From Magnetococcales bacterium (lineage in GTDB: Bacteria > Pseudomonadota > Magnetococcia > Magnetococcales > JADGAQ01), in contig JADGAQ010000002.1 of assembly GCA_015231925.1 (NCBI GenBank), forward strand, positions 4,791 to 68,790: a stretch of 64,000 bases of DNA, given 5' to 3'. A program made the position numbers and the translations under genes. Below the pieces are notes generated by a model. The model saw only the letters and a program-made list of their open reading frames with translations, was not told the origin of the DNA and did no database searches. Of this stretch, positions 55,308 to 64,000 are shown one piece after another; position 1 is the stretch's first letter; every line of letters starts with the position of its first letter.

Positions 55308-57560
55308 ATGGCTCCCTTTACCGATTCCCAGCACTTGCGGGCACGACTCCCGGCTTCCGGATGGCTGGGCGGAGCCGCGGTCCTCCTGGTCCTCGTTCTG
55401 GCCCGCCTGACCCCCGCCGAAATCGCCTGGCCGGGCGGCGTCCTCCTGGCCCTGATCACCATCTGGGGAGTCGGCAAGACGGCCATGCGGCGCGAAGAGC
55501 GGCTGCAACGCCTGGGAGATCTCGTCCAACAGCGTTGTGAACCCCAACGCACCGATACCGCTCCAATCGAGGAACTCCTGCCGCGTCTGGCCCATCTCGT
55601 CGAAAACAGCGCCCGCGCCATGGCCCTCCATGCCGGCAACGTCACGGCGCTGGTCTGCGATATCGTCCAGGTACACCGGTTCCTGAGCAAGGACTCCACC
55701 GACCTGGCCAGCCTCTCCCGGAACATTCAAAGCGAAAATGATCGCCTGCTTGGGGAAGTCGCCAACATCAGCGAACAGATGAGTGTTCTGAACGGCTATG
55801 TGGAGGCCATTTCGGCCCAGGCCGGCGCCATCGTGCAAGAGACCACCGCCGTCAGCGAAACCACCTCCGTGGCGCACGGAGCCATGGCCGCCATGGTGAA
55901 CGGCAGCGAGGAGATGTCGCGAACCATCTCCGTGGTGCATCGCAATCTGGCGGAGGTGGAAGCCTTCTCCAGCGGGGTGATGCAAACCATGCAGGAGATG
56001 ATCCGCGCCATCGAACAGGTGCGCGCCATCACCACCCGGGCGGATCAGGCCTCTCTTCGCGCCCACGCCGCCACGATGGAAAACGAAACGGTCATGGAGC
56101 GTCTGGCAGGCCTGGCGCGAGACATCGGCGCCATGGTGGAAGCGATCACCGATATCGCCGCCCAAACCAACATGCTGGCTCTGAACGCCGCCATCGAGGC
56201 CGCCGGCGCCGGCAGCGCCGGACGCGGATTCGCGGTGGTGGCGGGAGAGATCAAACAATTGGCCAGCCAGACCGCTACCGCCACCCAGGAGATCATTTCC
56301 AAAATCGGCGACATTCAGGAAGAGGTCAAACAGGCCAATACCTCTTCCCGCACCACCTCGGAGACCATGTCCATCCTGCTGGGTTTCAACCGGCAGATCT
56401 CCTCGGCCATGGAACAGCGTCTGCTCGCCATTCATCGGGTCAACGAATCCCTCTCCCAGGTTCAAACCGTGTTGGCCAGCATCACCCACAACACCCGTGG
56501 TCTCGAAGAGGCCGCCACCCGGGTACACCGTGACGCGGATCAGGCGGCGCATCTCACCCGAACCGCCGCCGGCCAGGCCGAGGCCGCCGCCAGCGCCGCC
56601 GAAACCATCCGCTCCCACATCGAGGAGGGACGCCGCTCTTCCCTGGCCACTCTGGCTTCGACCCGGGCTACGCACCAACTGGCCACCACCACCCGGGAAT
56701 CACTGGTGCGTTCTTTGCGCCTGAGCGGTTTTCTGCACGGCTCCATCAGTCAGTTCCAGGCATCAAGCACCTTCGCCAGGGAGATCAACGATCACCTGCT
56801 GGCCTGGAAACCCCGTTTGCCGCCCTTCCAGGAACCGTTCGACATCAAACGCATGAAGGAGCCCCTGCTGATTCTGGGGGGACGGCTGGCCAAAGCCTTT
56901 CACGGCAACATACCCCGGCAGGAAAACCTCTCCTGGGAAGAGAGTTATCCCGGCTTATGGCTGAACCGCTGCCCCCTCGACGCCCAGCAAACCCGCCCCG
57001 TGATTCAGGAACTCAAATCCGCTTACGAACTGGCCCTTCAAGGCCTCGCCGCTTTGCGGGATAATCGTCGGGACCAGGCGGTGCAGCTTGTCGAGGCCTT
57101 TCACCAACAACGCCGCCTCTTTTTCAACGCCGTGGATACCCTCTATCTGCAACTCGACATCCCTCCGCTGGATCTGCCCGCCATGCGGTGGAGTGCCGAT
57201 CTGGCCATCGGCCATGCCGACATCGATGCGGCGCATCAACGCATCTACTCTTTGGTCAATCAATTGTATCTCGCCCTGACCCGCAGTCAGGATCAGGCCG
57301 GACGTCTGGCCCTCTTCAAGGAACTCAATACCTTGTTATTGAAGCATTTCCGTGAAGAAGAGGCCCTCATGGACCAGACGAACCATCCCGATCGGGAGTT
57401 TCACAAAAGCCAGCACCGCATTTTGCAGCAACGTCTCTCCGGTCATATCGAATCCGGGGAGGTGGAGAGTCTGACCCTCTCCCTGGATCTGCTCTCCTTC
57501 CTGGAAAACTGGTTTTCCTATCATATCTGCCATGTGGACAGTCGTCTGAAGTCCCGATGA
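55308..57560 (+). CDS. Methyl-accepting chemotaxis protein with C-terminal hemerythrin domain
   Basis: Two N-terminal TM helices. MCP signalling hairpin ([37 protein letters not shown]). Hemerythrin ([11 protein letters not shown]...HFREEEALM...HKSQHRIL...[13 protein letters not shown]). Confidence 0.88.
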   Translation: MAPFTDSQHLRARLPASGWLGGAAVLLVLVLARLTPAEIAWPGGVLLALITIWGVGKTAMRREERLQRLGDLVQQRCEPQRTDTAPIEELLPRLAHLVENSARAMALHAGNVTALVCDIVQVHRFLSKDSTDLASLSRNIQSENDRLLGEVANISEQMSVLNGYVEAISAQAGAIVQETTAVSETTSVAHGAMAAMVNGSEEMSRTISVVHRNLAEVEAFSSGVMQTMQEMIRAIEQVRAITTRADQASLRAHAATMENETVMERLAGLARDIGAMVEAITDIAAQTNMLALNAAIEAAGAGSAGRGFAVVAGEIKQLASQTATATQEIISKIGDIQEEVKQANTSSRTTSETMSILLGFNRQISSAMEQRLLAIHRVNESLSQVQTVLASITHNTRGLEEAATRVHRDADQAAHLTRTAAGQAEAAASAAETIRSHIEEGRRSSLATLASTRATHQLATTTRESLVRSLRLSGFLHGSISQFQASSTFAREINDHLLAWKPRLPPFQEPFDIKRMKEPLLILGGRLAKAFHGNIPRQENLSWEESYPGLWLNRCPLDAQQTRPVIQELKSAYELALQGLAALRDNRRDQAVQLVEAFHQQRRLFFNAVDTLYLQLDIPPLDLPAMRWSADLAIGHADIDAAHQRIYSLVNQLYLALTRSQDQAGRLALFKELNTLLLKHFREEEALMDQTNHPDREFHKSQHRILQQRLSGHIESGEVESLTLSLDLLSFLENWFSYHICHVDSRLKSR

Positions 57561-57767
57561 GCTGAAAGCCTCTGTTTCACCCCCTCTTCCCGCCGGATCC
57601 GCTGCCTGCATCGCCACCCTTTTTGACAAACGGGTGACGATCTTATTACCTTTTTATTTGTCCTGATATTTTTATTGCGATGTTATTTTGTTTATCGGTA
57701 TTCTCATTGTCAAGCACAGGGCATACCAAATAATATTTGGACACCTTCAAACTGCATGGAGCAACGT

Positions 57768-58565
57768 ATGACGCAACGCAAGGCAAATGGTTTCAAACTG
57801 GCTGTCGCGCTTCTTCTCCTCTACCCGGCGCTGGCCAGCGGGGATGAGGAACTTCCAAGTTACACCAACACCATCGGCATGACTTTTATCCGCTTGCCTG
57901 CCGGATTTTTCACCATGGGATCGGACAAGAATTTTGATGCCGAGGCCAGTCGGGACGAACAACCTCCTCATCAGGTTACCATCACTCAGCCGTTTTTCAT
58001 GGGCAAGTATGAAGTGACCCAAAGCCAGTGGGTGGCTTTGATGGGCACCAATCCCAGTTCGAACAAGGGGCGCAGCCAGCCGGTGGAGCAGGTCAACTGG
58101 ATGGATGTGCAGGAGTTCATTCGTCGATTGAACACCAAGGAGAACACGGGTAGTTATCGTTTGCCCACGGAAGCGGAATGGGAATATGCGGCTCGTGCTG
58201 GAACGGACACCACCCGTCACTGGGGGGACAGTAGTGACGGCATGGAAAAATACGCCTGGTTCAAGAGCAACTCGGGTGGGGAGAGTCATGCGGTGGGGCA
58301 GTTGCTGCCCAATGCCTGGGGTTTGTATGATATGTTGGGCAATGTTTGGGAGTGGGTATCTGATTTGTATGATGCCCGGTACTATTCGAACAGCCCGGCG
58401 GCGGATCCGAAGGGTCCGACGTTTGGTTCCATTCGGGTTCGGCGTGGAGGGGGGTGGTTCGACAATTCGACTTATCTGCGATCTTCTTCGCGTTTCTGGT
58501 TTGATCCGGGGGTGCGATATTCTTATTTAGGTTTTCGTTTGGTCAAACAGGTTGAGGGTCCCTGA
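57768..58565 (+). CDS. Secreted formylglycine-generating-enzyme (FGE/SUMF1) family protein
   Basis: Signal peptide (KLAVALLLLYPALASG). FGE-sulfatase blocks (GSDKNFDAEASRDEQPPHQVTI, YRLPTEAEWEYAARAG, NAWGLYDMLGNVWEWV, RVRRGGGW). ATG 57768 follows GGAG. Confidence 0.8.
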   Translation: MTQRKANGFKLAVALLLLYPALASGDEELPSYTNTIGMTFIRLPAGFFTMGSDKNFDAEASRDEQPPHQVTITQPFFMGKYEVTQSQWVALMGTNPSSNKGRSQPVEQVNWMDVQEFIRRLNTKENTGSYRLPTEAEWEYAARAGTDTTRHWGDSSDGMEKYAWFKSNSGGESHAVGQLLPNAWGLYDMLGNVWEWVSDLYDARYYSNSPAADPKGPTFGSIRVRRGGGWFDNSTYLRSSSRFWFDPGVRYSYLGFRLVKQVEGP

Positions 58566-58630
58566 TTTGCCGTTTCACCCGGGTTTCCGAGTTTTCGGAA
58601 ACCGGGGATTTTCAGACAACGCCAATTTTT

Positions 58631-58790
58631 TTGACGTTCAATATTTTTTCTTTAAGTATCAAAAAAAGAAAATGTTCTATTTTTTGACGTTCAATATTTT
58701 TCTTTAAGTATCAAAAAAAGAAAATGTTCTATTTTTTGACGTTCAATATTTTTCTTTAAGTATCAAAAAAAGAAAATGTTCTATCCTCTA
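58631..58790 (+). repeat. Tandem triplication of the TIR60 unit
   Basis: Three head-to-tail copies of TTGACGTTCAATATTTTTCTTTAAGTATCAAAAAAAGAAAATGTTCTATTTT, with TTGAC starts at 58631, 58684 and 58736 (53- and 52-bp periods). Confidence 0.92.
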
Positions 58791-58987
58791 TTCTTTCAGG
58801 CTCGCCCAGCTCATGGCCATCCTTTTCGGCGGCCTTTTGCCGAAAAGGATGGCCCAAGAGCGAGCCCGCCATTGGTCTTGTCTTCAGCCAATCGTCCGTT
58901 TGATTGGCTGAAGACAAGAGCGGATTGCCCGTGAAAATGGCTTCGACGTTTTGGTTTTTTATTATATAAAATCAACAGACAAGACAG

Positions 58988-59046
58988 AGTCAAAGGATAG
59001 AACATTTTCTTTTTTTGATTTTTAAAAGATAAATATTAAAAGTCAA
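58988..59046 (-). repeat. TIR60 unit (reverse) closing the 58631-59046 composite
   Basis: GAGTCAAAGGATAGAACATTTTCTTTTTTTGATTTTTAAAAGATAAATATTAAAAGTCAA. Confidence 0.8.
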
Positions 59047-59052
59047 AGAAAA

Positions 59053-62217
<3,165 letters not shown>

Positions 62218-62255
62218 CTTTCCTCTTTTCCGAAGGGTGGGTAATATTAAATTTT

Positions 62256-62531
62256 TTGACTTTCAATATTTTATCTTATAAATATCAAAAAAAAGGAAAT
62301 GTTCTATCCTTTGACTTTTTCATTTATCATTTATTTAGATCGTTTTGAACCATTGCTTCTCCTTTCGCTGTTGACGTTCAAACCCCATGGGATCCAGGGG
62401 GCGCAGGGACTTGTCCTTTGATTGTTGATACGGTCACGCTACGCTACGCAGGGTTCTGAATCGTTACGGAAAGTCAAAGGATAGAACATTTCCTTTTTTT
62501 GATACTTAAAAGATAAAATATTGAAAGTCAA
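62256..62531. mobile_element. TIR60-bounded composite with reversed family-D-like cargo
   Basis: Forward unit 62256-62318 and reverse unit 62471-62531. The cargo contains GGATCCAGGGGGCGCAGGGAC and ends in ..TTCTGAATCGTTAC. Confidence 0.8.
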
Positions 62532-62592
62532 AAGATCAAAGACATATACCCACAGGATCTCGGGAGTTTTGCAACTCCCTCGGATGACGGAA

Positions 62593-62991
62593 TCAGGTCA
62601 CGAGGTGATGGGTTCGGAGTTTGTCCAGCATCTCCTGCCGGGTAACCGGCTTGCTCAGAAAATCGGTACAGCCCTGGGAAAAGAGACCCTCCACCGACAA
62701 ATCACCCAGATCCGACCCGGTAACCAGAAAGATGGAAGAGAGTTGATTCGACGTCAGACCGAATTCCGTCTCCTGCTCACGCATGCATTGCAAGGCTTCG
62801 CGTCCGTTCATGGCAGGCATTTGGAAATCGAGACAGACCAGACGGTAGGGGTGGCCCTCCTCCAGCGCGAACTGAAAGGCTTCCGTGGCTTCCTGCCCGT
62901 CGGCGACGAAATCGCAGTGGCCGAGAGGACCGAGTATGCGCTCCAAAAGCAGTCGATTGTCGAGTTCGTCATCCGCGACCAGAATGCGCAT
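62593..62991 (-). CDS. Single-domain CheY-like response regulator (paralog of 54345..54743)
   Basis: 132 aa from ATG 62991 ([13 protein letters not shown]); MRILVADDELDNRLLLERIL...LVCLDFQMPAMNG...DFLSKP. Confidence 0.85.
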   Translation of the reverse strand: MRILVADDELDNRLLLERILGPLGHCDFVADGQEATEAFQFALEEGHPYRLVCLDFQMPAMNGREALQCMREQETEFGLTSNQLSSIFLVTGSDLGDLSVEGLFSQGCTDFLSKPVTRQEMLDKLRTHHLVT

Positions 62992-63165
62992 GTCCTCTTC
63001 CTTGAAGGCAGGAGTGAAACTTCCCTCGCTACGCCCCGCCATTGTTCACCGTCGAGGGGAAATTTTCAATCATTTCTCTACCGGAATCGGTGCGCCTTAA
63101 CGGAAAATACCAATTGCATTATGGTGACGCAATGGTTCATCATGATTTAAAGTAACAAAACAGGA

Positions 63166-63223
63166 AAAGTCAAAGTATAGAACATTTTCCTTTTTTACTT
63201 TCTAAAGGATAACATATTGAAAG
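63166..63223 (-). repeat. Solo TIR60 unit
   Basis: AAAGTCAAAGTATAGAACATTTTCCTTTTTTACTTTCTAAAGGATAACATATTGAAAGG. Confidence 0.75.
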
Positions 63224-63389
63224 GAAAAGGATTTAAAATATACTACCCGCTTGGCTTCGTGGCATATTGCAACTCCCTCGGACTTGCCGATATTCGGGAT
63301 TCCGCCTCTTTTCCGCTCGTCAAGCGCATCCGTCCTCGTTACCATGGGCGATACACTCGTCCCCATTGAACAAACCAGCCCTTTTGCAG

Positions 63390-64000
63390 ATGGAGTCGCC
63401 TCCGATGGAACGCACCCGCATTTTGTTATCGGAAGAGGATATTCCCACCCATTGGTACAATGTGGTGTCGGACATGCCCAACGTCCCGGCCCCTCCCCTG
63501 GGACCGGATGGCAAGCCTCTGGGACAGGAGGCTTTGGCGGCGATATTCCCACCGGCTCTGATCGAACAGGAGATGGCCACCGAGCGATGGATACCGATTC
63601 CCGAGGAGGTTCGCGGCGCCCTGAGTCTGTGGCGTCCCACTCCGCTGCATCGGGCCTGGCGTCTGGAAGAGGCGCTGAACACGCCGGCCCGCATCTATTA
63701 CAAATACGAAGGGGTCAGTCCCGCCGGATCCCACAAACCCAATACGGCGGTAGCGCAGGCCTATTACAACCGCGAAGCGGGCATCCGCCGCCTGACCACG
63801 GAGACGGGCGCCGGGCAATGGGGCTCCTCCATCGCTTTGGCAGGCCGCATGTTCGGGTTGGAAGTGCGGGTTTACATGGTGAAGGTCAGCTATCAGCAAA
63901 AGCCCTTCCGCCGTTCCATGATGCAAAGCTGGGGCGCGGAGGTCTTCGCCAGCCCGTCGAACATGACCAACTCGGGACGCGCCGCCCTGCTGGCCGATGC
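63390..64000 (+). CDS. trpB: TrpB2-type tryptophan synthase beta-like PLP enzyme (5' part; runs off the window)
   Basis: Hand-translated open frame: [31 protein letters not shown]...[25 protein letters not shown]...[16 protein letters not shown]. The PLP-Lys context SHKPN is typical of TrpB2. Absent from the ORF track because it has no stop inside the window. Confidence 0.8.
   Translation, partial: MESPPMERTRILLSEEDIPTHWYNVVSDMPNVPAPPLGPDGKPLGQEALAAIFPPALIEQEMATERWIPIPEEVRGALSLWRPTPLHRAWRLEEALNTPARIYYKYEGVSPAGSHKPNTAVAQAYYNREAGIRRLTTETGAGQWGSSIALAGRMFGLEVRVYMVKVSYQQKPFRRSMMQSWGAEVFASPSNMTNSGRAALLAD

Overview
GC-rich chromosomal window (about 60% GC by eye) from a chemotactic, sulfur-metabolising proteobacterium. 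The many hemerythrin-fused signalling proteins resemble microaerophilic or magnetotactic lineages, but that is only a taxonomic guess. Gene content from 5' to 3': cheD-cheR (minus strand); a compact dsrA-dsrB-dsrL operon; an AT-rich islet with a MucR/Ros regulator, a Cys-rich lipoprotein and an 871-aa membrane-embedded cPLA2/patatin-like lipase; uvrA; a siroheme-branch SirC/Met8-like gene; a DsbD_2/TauE-like membrane protein; and a TPR-methyltransferase. Next comes a complete type III-A-like CRISPR effector operon (cas10-csm2-csm3-csm4-csm5-cas6), followed by an orphan degenerate repeat, a cas2 3' remnant, a leader and a 20-repeat/19-spacer array, then hicAB and glnS. A second-messenger block of about 16 kb follows: MBL+2xcNMP-binding+hemerythrin, cNMP-binding+PAS+cyclase+hemerythrin, PAS-GAF-GGDEF, REC-HD-GYP, Hpt-REC-REC-GGDEF and PAS-GGDEF-EAL. 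The window ends with a SWIM/DUF45 pair, a glycosyltransferase, DedA, two paralogous hybrid-kinase/response-regulator modules, an MCP-hemerythrin, an FGE-family protein and the 5' part of trpB2. Intergenic DNA is saturated by three interlocking repeat families: a ~60-bp AT-rich unit (TIR60) that occurs as inverted pairs around variable cargo, a 130-190-bp GC-rich MITE-like family, and 450-515-bp nested palindromes. The best candidates for undescribed biology are three. (1) The CRISPR leader, array and hicAB are bracketed by an inverted TIR60 pair, next to a decayed adaptation module and a mosaic array. (2) A low-GC lipoprotein plus transmembrane-split lipase pair sits beside MucR. (3) A divergent, hemerythrin-tagged cNMP cyclase and putative cNMP phosphodiesterase form a pair. 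All calls rest on reading the sequence and ORF translations by eye; no database search was run.
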